This document shows, piece after piece, positions 1-11,700 of a DNA stretch of 64,000 nt; positions within the stretch are counted from its first letter, which is position 1; each line of letters begins with the position of its first letter. The DNA is from Isurus oxyrinchus. Lineage: Eukaryota. The translations under genes and the position numbers were made by a program. The notes under the pieces were generated by a model, which saw only the letters and a program-made list of their open reading frames with translations, was not told the origin of the DNA and made no database searches. The stretch covers positions 3,410,001 to 3,474,000 of the forward strand of contig JANJGN010000053.1 in assembly GCA_026770705.1 (NCBI GenBank), read 5' to 3'.

Positions 1-406
1 ATGTATACAGTTCCATCCCATAGTGGACGCCTGGTCCCTAGCACAAGTGGCGTGCGGTGTACAAGTTGGTACTGATGACCTGCCTCAGTGGAGCAGCTTT
101 CAATTACTGCCTCAGTCTCTAGCTTGTGGTCGCAATGACATGCACTGTATATGTATGATAAGTTTGGGATCAGATGATAATACCTGGCATAAACTTTCCA
201 AACAGGGATCTGTGAGAACATTAAGTGGAAATGTCTCTGTAGAGTTTGAGAATATAATATTCTAGCTTCTGACTCTGCCAGAGTCCACACTCTTTTTCTA
301 CACTCCCTCCCTTTTAATGTTAAACTCAAGGTTTTATAGCCATGCCTTAGCCACGGAGAATGTTAGGTAAATAATTACTAGCCTTTTTCCTTTCTCTCTT
401 TTACTG

Positions 407-1272
407 TAAATTAGTGCTGTTTCTGATCCTCACTCAACATGCACCACTCGCTACCTGGAAGCAATGGCAGCGGTGGATGTACTACTCCTTATCACTGAAG
501 GCATACTATATCAGATCAAACGATATTGTTTTCCAGTATCTTTTCATGACGTCACACCTGTGTGTTCCAGAACATATGGCCTGATGTGTGCTGCAGCAGA
601 TCTTTCCATCTGATTCACCGTGACTTTCACCTTTGATCGATTTTTGACCATTTGTTGCCAGAGGCTGAAAAATAAATACTGCACTGAGAAAAATGCAGTG
701 GTGGTGTTAGTAACGACAACCATCCTGTTCTGTTTCAAAAACATTCCTGTCTACTTTACGTTTGGACATGGGGAGTTTATCGAAGATTTATCATGGTTCT
801 GTCGTTTGAAGAAAAGCTATTACACTGAACCTGAATGAGCTTTGTCTGGATTGATACAATATTCAGCCCATTGTTGCCATTTGCTTTAATTCTGTTCCTC
901 AATGTTCTGACAGTCAGACACGTTATAGTGTCAAGTCGAGTCACTAAGGGGCTGAGGGTTCAGGGAAAAAATTGCAATTTCCCTGAGATGGAAAGCAGAA
1001 TCAAATCTGTGGTTTTAATCTTCAGCTTGGGCGGAAGCTTCATTCTTCTGCGGTTCACGTTATTAATAGAATTCCTGTATCATAGCATTTCAGGCATATT
1101 TTACAGCCATTACAGTGATTCTTCAGAAATATTTAAAACAGTTGGATGTATGCTGCGGAATATAAGTTGCTGCATAAACACAATTATTTCTGCAGTTACA
1201 CAGTCCAAATTCAGAGGACAGTTAAGAAAGGTGGTGAAATATTTAGTTACATCTCTCATGCAAATGAGTTGA
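407..1272 (+). pseudogene. GPR139-like (class A GPCR) pseudogene, main coding exon
   Basis: Reads TTRYLEAMAAVDVLLLITE...DVTPVC...AAADLSI*FTVTFTFDRFLTICCQRLKNKYCTEK...LLPFALILFLNVLTVRH...EMESRIKSVVL...CCINTIISAVTQSKFR, typical of the shark-expanded GPR139-like family. In-frame TGA at 611-613, a stop plus frameshift at about 836, loss of the SRGKCG segment, and a polypyrimidine tract ending ACTG rather than ACAG at 403-406. Confidence 0.9.
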
Positions 1273-1799
1273 AAGCAAGGACCTGAGAGCAGTCAGATTT
1301 GTGTCTGCTGTTTATAATCCATTAATGTAACATTTGCACTCGTAATTTCATCAACTGTTTTACAGCAGAATACAGTGCAGGCCTCAAAGCAGCAGAACCC
1401 CTAGCCTAATAACCACGCCCCCCCACCCGCAACGTACCCGCCTTGTCCTCCCACCCCCCAGATCAATCACCCACGCTCACAGCCAACACAGCCACTTTCA
1501 GTTTCTTCGCGAATTGGAATCATTCTCTCTAAATTCATTCATCAGTGGCTGTTGACTCCAAACTTCTTTCAGGCAACTGCCTGAGGCTGAAACATTCGTT
1601 TCACATTTTCGCATCTGAAGCCTACCTGGACCTGTCAAGGCCTGATGCCTCCATTAGTGTACAGCTAACACAAAGCAAGAGAAGTGATAACAAGTTTAGT
1701 GGAGGGTGTCGGGAGCATCCTAGTTCTGACAATTGGCCGCAATTAACATTGGCAGTGGGTTTGGATTTAATAATAAAACTTTAAAAAAAAGAGAACTGG

Positions 1800-2068
1800 A
1801 AATTTCATAATTTTCAAATGATAGGCAATTTGGAAGTTTGGGAAAGAGTTGGTATATTACTAATCGATTACAGCAGGGCAGCAATTGTTTTGCAGAATTG
1901 GAAGATGATTGGCAGTCCGAATTTAATATATATACATTTGAGGCTTTGCATTTTATAAGAAAGTATAGGAAAATGAATTACATACTTAATGCATAACTCT
2001 ACGGAAGGCACAATAACTTAAGGGCCTACGTGTTAATGTGTATTGATCTGCAAATGCGGTAGTTAATT
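1800..2068 (+). mobile_element. CR1 LINE ORF2 RT fragment (5' part, split by LTR element)
   Basis: Decayed WQ.EFN...E.LHF.R...LGV motif; the reading continues at 7952-8110 after the LTR element. Confidence 0.6.
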
Positions 2069-2069
2069 A

Positions 2070-2955
2070 TTAAACACCATTTACTTTTATTCCTGTTTGA
2101 TTATGGATTAACATTACAATGGCTGCACTTCGAAATTCATGGCTACTGGAACAGTGTGAGGGCTGTTATGCAAATTTGCTGTCCTGTAGCACTTTGCCAT
2201 GAAAGACAGCGTAGTTCGAGGAGGAGTCTGTCCTAACGGAGATTGCTTGGCCACACCTGAACGTGTGAACAGCGCTTTTTCTCTTCTGTGAGAGCAGTAC
2301 AGTATTAAAATATAAACACCTGGCATGAAAAGGAAAATACCTAAAACCTATTTTTATGCTGTGCGTGTAAGATTCCACTGATTATTCAGTAATACCTAAT
2401 TGCTTTCCCCCCTCATATCTCCATAACTTGCTCTCTCTTCGAAAAACACCTGTCAAGCGCGAAAGGGGGAAATCACCGTTAGAGGCATTGAAAAACTGGT
2501 GATCAGCGAATGACATAAAGATTTAAATTGTGGGAGAGGCCACATCGTGTCATAAGCATACAACTGAAAGGAATTTGGAAGTCATCAATGAAACTCAACA
2601 CTTCGAATCGTATACTAAGCAACTGGTGCTTTAGAACAATTTTATCCGACCCTTAATATTCGTGTTTTTGTTTGCCTTATGTGCCTTGTATGTGTGTGTG
2701 TATAGGGAATTAGAAAGGGTAGCGTTTACGTTATAGAATCAGAAATTAGCAGTTCATATTTCTTTTTTTGTCACTGGTTCAAGACAATTCGTTCACTAAT
2801 CTGTTAGTGAATTTATAAGTGTACAATCCTGGTAGTCCTATTTAGATAATCTTAGTTAACCAATTACGTTGCTTGATCAAATTATCCACATTTGTTGCGG
2901 TTCGGGAGAGGTGGTGCTTGATATTGCAGTACACCAACCCCACTGAGTCATGCTG
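2070..2955 (+). repeat. 5' LTR of element 1
   Basis: Colinear with 7081-7951 (e.g. attacaatggctgcactt vs attacaatggctgtactt); followed by the PBS. Confidence 0.75.
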
Positions 2956-2960
2956 AAGCT

Positions 2961-2979
2961 TGGGGGCTCTTCCTGGGAT
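2961..2979 (+). promoter_or_regulatory. tRNA-Pro primer binding site
   Basis: tgggggctcttcctgggat vs TGGGGGCTCGTCCGGGAT (complement of the tRNA-Pro 3' end), directly after the LTR. Confidence 0.75.
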
Positions 2980-3784
2980 AATTTGGAACAAAGGACAATA
3001 AGGTTTTGAATCTATAACATGGAAGTAATTGTAGCTCAAAGGAAAGGCCAGGCTTGTGCTGTCAAAAAAAGGTGGCACTGGAAAATGCTCAAGCTTTCCC
3101 GCAATTCGAAGAGGTGCTCCAAACGATTTCACAAGAGATCCCAAAAACCTGGTTAAACAAATTGACAAGCAAATTAAGAGTTGCATTGACTGAAAAAGGA
3201 AAGTGAGGCAGAGATAATCGAAAGGATATCACAGTATTTAAAATTGGGAGGAGTACCTGAGTCATCGAGCTCTCCAAGGGCTAATTCATTTGAATGGGCT
3301 CAAAATGCAATTGGATAAAGAAACAAACATTGGAACTGCACGTAGCACAAAAAAGAGGAGAATGGGATTTCAAAGGGAACAGCAGCGGGGAGAAGGAAAA
3401 TAAAAATGGGAATATGAAGATTTGGTCTCTGGCGGGAATTATAAATGGTGAGGATTGAAAAGGAAGAACAAGAGAAAAGCAAAAAACAACATCCAGTGGG
3501 AAGATGTTTAAATGTGTACCAGCTCTTCCAAGGTTTTGGGAAGGGATGTTGAATCATTTTTTTCTTTCATTTGAGAAAACTCCAGAACATTTGAAAAGCT
3601 GAAGAAAAATTGGACATTGCCCATGCAGAATTAATTGACAGGTAGAGTAAAGGAAATGCATGCCTCATGGTCAGATGAGGTTTCTAGGGATCATGGTTAA
3701 TTTTGAGTGCATATGAATTGGCCCCTGAAGCATGCAGACAACAGTTTCAAAATTTCAGGAAAGCTTTATTTGATTGAATGTGGG

Positions 3785-4116
3785 CGCCAAAAAACAGGCA
3801 GGCATTTATTGTCCACCCCTCGTTGCCCATTTTTAGAGCCAACCTCCTGGCTCTGACCTGCAGTCATATGCAGGTCAGACAAGGTAACGACAACAGATTT
3901 ATTACTCCTAAATTACATAGTTGAAACAGCTTATTTTATTTTGCCACAGTCCACAATAGTTCCATACACAGCACTGGACTTTTAGTTGCGGACTTTTGCT
4001 CAATTCAAATTCCATGATCTGTTGTGGCAGGATTCAGTCCTCAGCCTGGAGTTCATCTTCCACACTCTAGAGATTATTCGTCTAGCGACAATAACACTAT
4101 GCCATCGCCTCCCCTC
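3785..4116 (-). mobile_element. HE1-type tRNA-derived SINE inserted in gag of element 1
   Basis: Minus strand starts gaggcgatggcatagtgttattgtcgctagac...gaatcc...gaatttgaatt; homologous to copies at 22045, 25645, 32790 and 60595. Confidence 0.75.
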
Positions 4117-7080
4117 TTGAAATGTTATACAAAGTAGGTTTGGAAGATGAATGCAACCGTTTCAATTTTAAATTATCTATAAAATCCTCTGAGATGTCAG
4201 TCTCTTGGAAGAATTAAAAAAACCTCTACCTCGTGCATTAATACCCCATATAATAAGAAGACCACAGGGTTGCAACTGTAAGACAGAACGAATAATGGAT
4301 AACGATAATGAACTTATCCATGAAAACTAAACATTATTTTCTACCACCTCAATGAATCTGAGTAGGATAGAAAGTGAGGCAGTGAAGGGAAGACATGTAG
4401 CCAGCGTAGAGAAAGGATATATGGGGATAACTTGAGATCTCCTCCTCAGATCAGGAAATAAGGTACTGAGTGCGGAGGTGAAACTGGGTGTCCAAAGTGT
4501 TTTCAGCGTAATAAAATGGAACACATTAGTTCATAATGCTGGAAGTAGCTGGGGAAGCCAATGGGACTGGTTCAAGTTTGTAAGAGTGAGTCCGAAAAGG
4601 GAAATCAAAATAAAATTCCATTGATAAAATTGTAACCTTAACTGCAAATAAGGCACCGGAGTTAAACATTTCCGTGAATGCAGGTGAAGTGAATAATTTA
4701 GAAATGAGATATAAAGAGTTTTGTCCAAAGGAAAGGCAAGCCTTTTTTCATCAAACAATGCACCTAAACGCATAGCTATTTTAATGGAAACAGGAGCTAC
4801 TCAAACTCATTTGCAGAAGAATGACCTAGTTTTCCCAAGAGACAGATAAGATATTCATTATTGCTATAAGTGCAAAGTGCATCCCAGTTCCATTTTACAA
4901 AGGGCAAATTGATTTTGATTTGTTTTCTGCATCAGCTATGCTAGGCTTGGTGAAGAAATTATCTGTGAATGGAGTTGATTTTCTCCTGGAGAATCATGTG
5001 GAGCAAAGGTTATATCTTTGCCCGTAATTACAGAATGCCCAAGGGAGGTTAAAGCGATGGAGCAGTTATATATATAAAAAAAAATATCCTGCAGTGTTTC
5101 CATCCTGCGAGATGACCAGGACAATGGCGTAATAAAGCCTATCATCAGTTGTTAAAGTCATACCATGAAGAGATTATCGAGTGGTAGAGACTTTATGTGA
5201 AGGTTGAGCATAAATCAAAGGAAGTATTTTGAATGACTCTATTAATAGAGGTTCAGAAAACAGATCCAAAATTTAAGCAAGTTACCACAGTCACTCACAC
5301 TGAAGCTGAGGTGGATGTATTTCTGGAGTGCTGTTCCATTGAAAATTGAGATTTGATGAGGGATTTGAGGCACCGTCATAGGCTTTCAGATGAGGAATGT
5401 ACTGCTATTCATCAGATGGTGTTACTGCCCAAATTGCCTAGGGAGTTATTGTGAGTATGACATGAAATTCCTACGGCAGGCCATTTAGGAAGAGAGAAAA
5501 CCTAAGCATCGGCAAACAACTTTTACCTGGTCAAGACTTCATAAGGACATATAGCAATTTTGTAAATGGTGTCTAAATGTCAGTTAGAAGGTAAACACCA
5601 AATGTAATCACGTTTACCATTTAATACCCATACTAGTTTTTGAAGAAACTTTCAGTCGGTTATTAATAGATTGTGTAACACCATTATCCAAAAGGAAAGC
5701 AGAGCATCAGCATTTCCTTACAATTATTAAAATAACAACCAGATTTCCAGAAGTTATTCCTTTAAGAACAATTTCAGCTAAGGTGGAATTGGATAGCTTA
5801 ACTCAGTATTTCCCTCATTGTGGCCTACGAATTGAAATACAACCTGACCAAGGCTCTAACTTCATGTCTAAAATTTTTCATTGAGCTGTTTAGTTATCAG
5901 GCAACTAAACTCTACGGCCTAATATGAGTATGAAAAAACACAGGGTGGTTTAGATCGATATCATCTGGCTCTCAAAACCATGAATAAGACCGATTGCCAT
6001 TAATAACTAATGTTTCGGACAAAAGATTGGCTTTCTTACTATTGGCTGCAAATTATTATCGAAATGTGTCTATTGGATTTAGTCCACTCAAATGGCTCTA
6101 TAATCTTGATATAAGAATTTACTTAAAAAGAGATAAATGAAACGTTCCTGAAGTAGAAATACGAGTCCAACATTTTGGATTATGTTTCAAATTTCCTAGA
6201 ATGTCTGACAGGAACATGTTAAGCAGTTAGTGCAGCTGTTTAAGCAATTGCAGTTTTATGGCTCTCTAGTAAATCTGGCCAATAGTGAACTTGCAAAAGC
6301 ATGAGTAACTTACATACGTCACACTGTAGGAAGAGAACACGTCAATCAGTATAAGTGAACTCACTAGTAAGAAAACCCATTCTTGAAAATAATGCAAAAA
6401 TCATGAGAGTTTATTGAGTGTGTTGGTTTTATCGGAAGTTAATAAATTAACAAGTGTTGGCTACCCCTGACTTTAACAACACTTTCAAAATGGCAGTTCA
6501 TGCTAATGACTCGGTGGTATGAGCAGTCCTCCTGCATAATGATAAAGTGAGGATAGATAGGCTGGTCGGGTACTTTTAAAGAATCTAAATCATTATCAGA
6601 TAAAGTACATGACAGTGGATGAACAATTGTAGCATTGTTTGCATCTCTTCAACATTTGGAAGTTTATGCTTGACACGATGGCGAAAAACACTAAATTATA
6701 TTTACCATATCCTACTGGAGTTCATTGAAACGTTTGAAGCTTGAAATGTGAGACTTTTTTGGAGGAATTTATTATTTCCAACGTTAAATGGATCACATAT
6801 CCAGCAAAAACAAAATGTATGCACACGGTTTGTCCCGGCTTCAAATTAAACTCCTAAAATAAGTTAAAGAGGTAAGAGAAGCAGAAGAATTTATAAGATT
6901 GGATAATGTGATCTGGGGGCGGTGGGCGGGGGGGGTGGGGGTGGGTGTAGAACTAATGGGTCGGTTGTGGGGTTGGTGGCTAAATGGAATAAGTATCGTG
7001 TTTTCTTGTCCATGTGGCACATGCCCAGTGATCAAACGAATTTTTGAAATAGTGTTTAATTTTTCTTAAGTGCATAGGTA

Positions 7081-7951
7081 TGTAAAGGATATTCATTTTT
7101 TCCTGTTGGAATGTGTATTAAAATTACAATGGCTGTACTTTGAAAGACATGTCTACTGGAACAATTTGAGAGATATATACAATGTTGCTGCCCTGGAACA
7201 GGATGTACCTTGAAAAACAGAATGATGTCAAGGAAGAGTCTGGTCAAATGTGGAAATGCCTGGCACCAGCATTTTAATTGGCCGCTGACTAGGTGAAAAG
7301 AATTTATTTTTGTGTGTGGGAGTGTAGTGCAGCAGAGAAAAGCTCCTAGACAGAAAGGAGAAAATAAGTGAAAACTCCTGTTCTTTCAGCACTGGAATAA
7401 TACACGATTCCAGTTAGTCTCCAATAACAGCTATTTTTTGGGGGGAAAAATTCGTCAAGAGTAAAAGCAGAAACCACCATTAGGGACATTGAAAAGCAAG
7501 TGCACAACGAGTGAACTAAGAAATAAAAGTGCTGGGAAGACCAGCTCTGGCAATCGACAAAAGTAAAATGTAATTTGGAAACTACCGATGAAAAATCAAC
7601 TCATCGAGTCTTGCACTCTGCAATTGGTGTTTTTGATCTATTTATCTGACCCTTGAAATGCATGTTTTTGTGCGCATTATGCATCATGCATATGTAAGGG
7701 ACATAAGAAGGTTTTTTATAAGAATTTAATAAGATCTAGAATTTAGGTTATATAGTTAGAAATTAGCACTTCTTACATTGTTCTATTGCCAAAACACAGT
7801 TATTAACTAATTAACTTTAAAATACTGGTTTTCATATTTTGTTAACCTTAACTGAACAATTAAGTGGTTTGATAAATCTTTTCACTTTTGTCGTGGCTCA
7901 GGGAGCAGTGGGCTGAATATTGCAGCCCACAATCCCCAGTAAGTCGTGAAA
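7081..7951 (+). repeat. 3' LTR of element 1
   Basis: Starts TGT after a purine-rich remnant; colinear with 2070-2955. Confidence 0.8.
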
Positions 7952-8110
7952 ATTTTGGAACAATAGTTACCATCGCACATGCTACCTGGGGCTTCGCAAA
8001 TAGTGGTGCGAGTACATAACAGGGAAGTTAAAATGGAATCTCTGTAACCCTGATTAAGCATTGACTGCATTGTTGCCTCCACTTGCAATTGAACCAGTAG
8101 TCTGGACACT
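7952..8110 (+). mobile_element. CR1 LINE fragment (continuation of 1800-2068)
   Basis: Decayed A..ML.F....EY..REV.....TL motif that follows the pre-LTR CR1 segment in CR1 ORF2. Confidence 0.5.
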
Positions 8111-8544
8111 GTAGGCTACATTTGCCCCAAGAGTGGAAAAATGCCATCAGCATTTATACTGCTATGCTCCTCCTGATCATATACGTCTCAATGCATTTTG
8201 TTCTGAAAATCATTTGCCAACTGTTACTCTCAAATGAAATACTGTGGTGCAACATGGTCTATGAACAATTTCTTCAAGCCGAATTGGAATGTTAAGAACT
8301 TCTTCCTTGAGGGAATTAGATTGTGTCGATCATGCTATTTTAATAGATTTGGTTGCACCAAGCAAGATATTGATCACCTTAATCTTACAGCAGGTACACA
8401 TGCAGATACATTACTGACCTTACTGCTACTCAAATGGACCTTATAGATATTTGAGTTTTCTCAATGGATTGTAATTAATAGGCACTTTTATTACTGGATT
8501 CATTACTCATTTAAATATATCACTCTTTAACAATATGCTACAAA

Positions 8545-8670
8545 TGTAGATGCATCAATGGTATCGCTTATGCTTTAATCTCCCATCTAGATATTTCACG
8601 GACATCACTTATACTGCAAATACCGATCTAGATATGTAACACTGGTATCACGTGTACTGTAAATAAATAT
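8545..8670. repeat. Degenerate tandem repeat of about 40 bp (about 3 units)
   Basis: Recurring tctagatat..cac.g..atcac.tatactg.aaata. Confidence 0.4.
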
Positions 8671-8797
8671 CCAGCCATTGCATTGCCAGCTCATAACATA
8701 CATGCTTATGCAATTATCGCAATGTATGCATTGGTCCTACAGCCTCCAATCCGTATTTTACTGACATAAGTTGCACTGTAGCTGCCATTAAGATTAA

Positions 8798-11700
8798 TGT
8801 CATGAAACAATTAACGTAATTTTTCTGGAGCATATTTTTATTTTAAAATAAATGTTTACTTTGCGGGTGTGTCTTACATAGATTAAGGTTGGTAGCCTGG
8901 GTCCTTTGATGGACACTAGTGTTGTTATGGAAAATAGGTAGTGTGCATTTGGATTTTTAAGTGGAACATTCAAGATGTTCTGTGAAAGCTTGATGCCAAT
9001 CTAATAGATGCTAAGCCATATGTTTATATTAATAATAAAATTTTGTAGTAAATGGTTTCTTTCTTAAAAGGTGAAGTTGGAAAATGCTGGTCAGACAATG
9101 GAGATTTGGATTGAATCATTGGTGGTAGTTATAACTTTAGCAATTTTCGGGTGTACAGAGCAGTGGCAACGTGAGATCAAAAGGCAAGACTCCATCTCAC
9201 TTGAAAGGAACATCATTGTTAACCTTTAAATAGAAAATGCTTTGCCTGGTGTTCGGTTAAGTTTATGGGTGGCTTTTGCCTCAATGGAGGTTAGTTTGGG
9301 AATTTGTTAAATGTTTTGTTCATAGCCACGTGCATCTATTTAAAATGTATAAATTAATAAAATGTTTCAATTAATTTAATGTAACATCTCGATAACTGGT
9401 GGCCTGATTCCTAAATTTAGAGTTGCATCTCAAACATAACATGTACATGTATAGGTTATGACAACTGTTTAAAATTTCCCTCTGATTTTTTTTTAATTAC
9501 CCCGCTTTACTAACTGCATTGGGCAAAAAAAAATTGAGGATCGTCGGGCATACAATATAATTCTTATTCCTCGTTTGGTTACGATTTGGTGAATCTGAAG
9601 CTTACTAGCTCGAGAGGCACTTTGAATTCCAGAGTTAATGGGATAGCAGGTTATCTTCGGCAATTGCTAAAACATCTCTGGGACTAGAAGGGGGAACACT
9701 GATTGATTTGAAAAGAATAACCAGAATTAATTTAACAGAGTTGGCAGTTAAGTCATAATTGAGCTTACTTGTGGGGGCTAGGAAATCTGGTATAGTTAAA
9801 AGCATAGCACAACATCTACAGTTAGATGTTAAACAAGATGTGGGTCACAGCTGGAGGTGGTGAGGCTTCAGTTGCAAATGAAATAAAACACTTTAATTAG
9901 AAGCAAAGGATAGAGCAATGGCTTTTAAAAGGGAATTAAAAATGGTAAAGATGGGGATTGAGGAAATAGAAAGAGAGAGAAAAACAAAATTCCAAATGAA
10001 AACGGCAGTTAAAAAATTGATGTCAACAGGTGGGGAAGGATTTGTCTCCAGATTAGAACCCAGTAGGGATACGTTTAACTTTGTATAAGCTCTCCCAAAT
10101 CTTGAGGATAAAATGTTGAAGCATTCTTCATTTCGGCTGACAAGTTAGCTAAACAGATGAAATGGTCACAGGAAAACTGAACATTATTACAACAGTGTAA
10201 CTTCTAAGGTATTGGGCATCAGGTATATGATACGATTTAAGAAGAAATTTAGGTGAATTATGCGGTGATGAAAAAGTTGGTTTGATGACGCATGCGTTGG
10301 TTCATGAAGCACACAGATAGGAATTGACAGATATGAGATAACAACTTTCGGAATATTATATTTCGTTTGAAAGATTAAAAAAAAATAATTTTCAACATTG
10401 GATGAGTGCGTTAAAAATAGAGACAACCTATGCAGCACTTAGTGGAGTCATTCTTTTGGAAGAATTTAAATTTTCAATCTCTTCCTTATGAGAACTCCTG
10501 TGGAAGAACAGAGAATTGATTCTCTAAGACAATCAGCAGAGATAGTTGAGAATACAAATTAGTTTGTAGATCTAAACCTTTTCTCTGTCATCTTTTCAAT
10601 TTTTTTTAAAACGAGGAATGGTGAAAGGAAGGGAGGCAGTCCTTTAAGAGAGTGAGAAGCTGGAAGTTCCCAGGAAGTATTTTTAAGAACAAAATGATGA
10701 GAGCTGAAGTCAGAAGTGACATTCAGAAATTGAGGCGTTTTCAATGTAATAAAGTAGGACACAACAAGTCAGCGTGTTTCAAGAAAAATCTGCAATAATT
10801 CCTGGGGTGCAGAAAAGCTCTGAAACTAAAGGTACTGTGGGTTCTGAGGTTCAGGCACAGGAGAAACCAATGGTTTGTGTACATGTGTAACAGTGAGAGT
10901 CAGTGAAATATAAAGAATATGGATTGCGTTCACAGTTTACACAAGAAAATTCTGAGGAACAGGTTGCAGAAATGTTGAAAGATTTTTTGGGTGAAGAAAA
11001 AGTCTTTCCATATGTTAGATATTAAAATTTGAAAAGTCACAAAGACTAGTTAACTATTAATGTTTGTGGGATAGTGCTGTTTGTTGTTGACAGTGTGTTA
11101 CAGGAGAAGATAATAAATAGTGGGGTTCATGGAGACTCCAATTCTTTTCAGCGTGGAAGTAAATTTAAAGAGCAGATGGAAGGCGGGTGAAGTTATAGTT
11201 GGAGCGGTGGAAATATTGTCCATTACAGTGGTTCATTTTTGTCTGGACAATTATACAGCTGAAACGCAAATGCGTGTGCTTCCTATTGTAGTTTAGCAGC
11301 CTGCAGAAGTGTTTTCAACAGAAGTGCAGCAGAAGGAACATCCTTGATGATTTCGTGATTGTGTTATAACAGGATCCAAAGCCATTAGGGAAGAACAAAA
11401 GAATCAAGATAAGCAGACAGTTCAAACGCAATAAGAAGGTGTCGAAATCCTTTTAGCTGTAAGAGTATTGGATAATATTGTTCAAGAGGAAGGCATTCTG
11501 GAAAGTTCAGTTGAAATGTTTAAGTCAAGACGTTAGTGGAGTTACAGGAAAATTATTTGCAATTAAAAGAGTTTGATCAGAAAACTTATTCAGAAACCGA
11601 AGCTAAGGTTATTCCAGTATGTGATTATCTTCGAGAGAATATATTAATGAAAAAACGGAAGTGGAATCATGTCTCAGCAAATGAGAGTTGGAGGGATCTC

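Larger units (their letters stand above)
2070..7951 (+). mobile_element. Gmr1-type Gypsy LTR retrotransposon 1 (decayed; PR-IN-RT-RH order, RT core deleted)
   Basis: Paired LTRs and a Pro PBS. Gag with the AYELAPEA.RQ.F motif (about 3710) and a CCHC remnant (about 4500). Protease IL.ETGATQ (about 4780). Integrase HEIPTAGHLG / IDCV / EIQ.DQGSNFMS (5460-5870). Then only the RT C-terminus and RNase H (6240-6800). Degenerate PPT before 7081. Confidence 0.85.

Noticed and set aside
8130-8540. Possible host exon (ORF 8234-8446)
   Set aside because: No recognisable motif or convincing splice-site pair.
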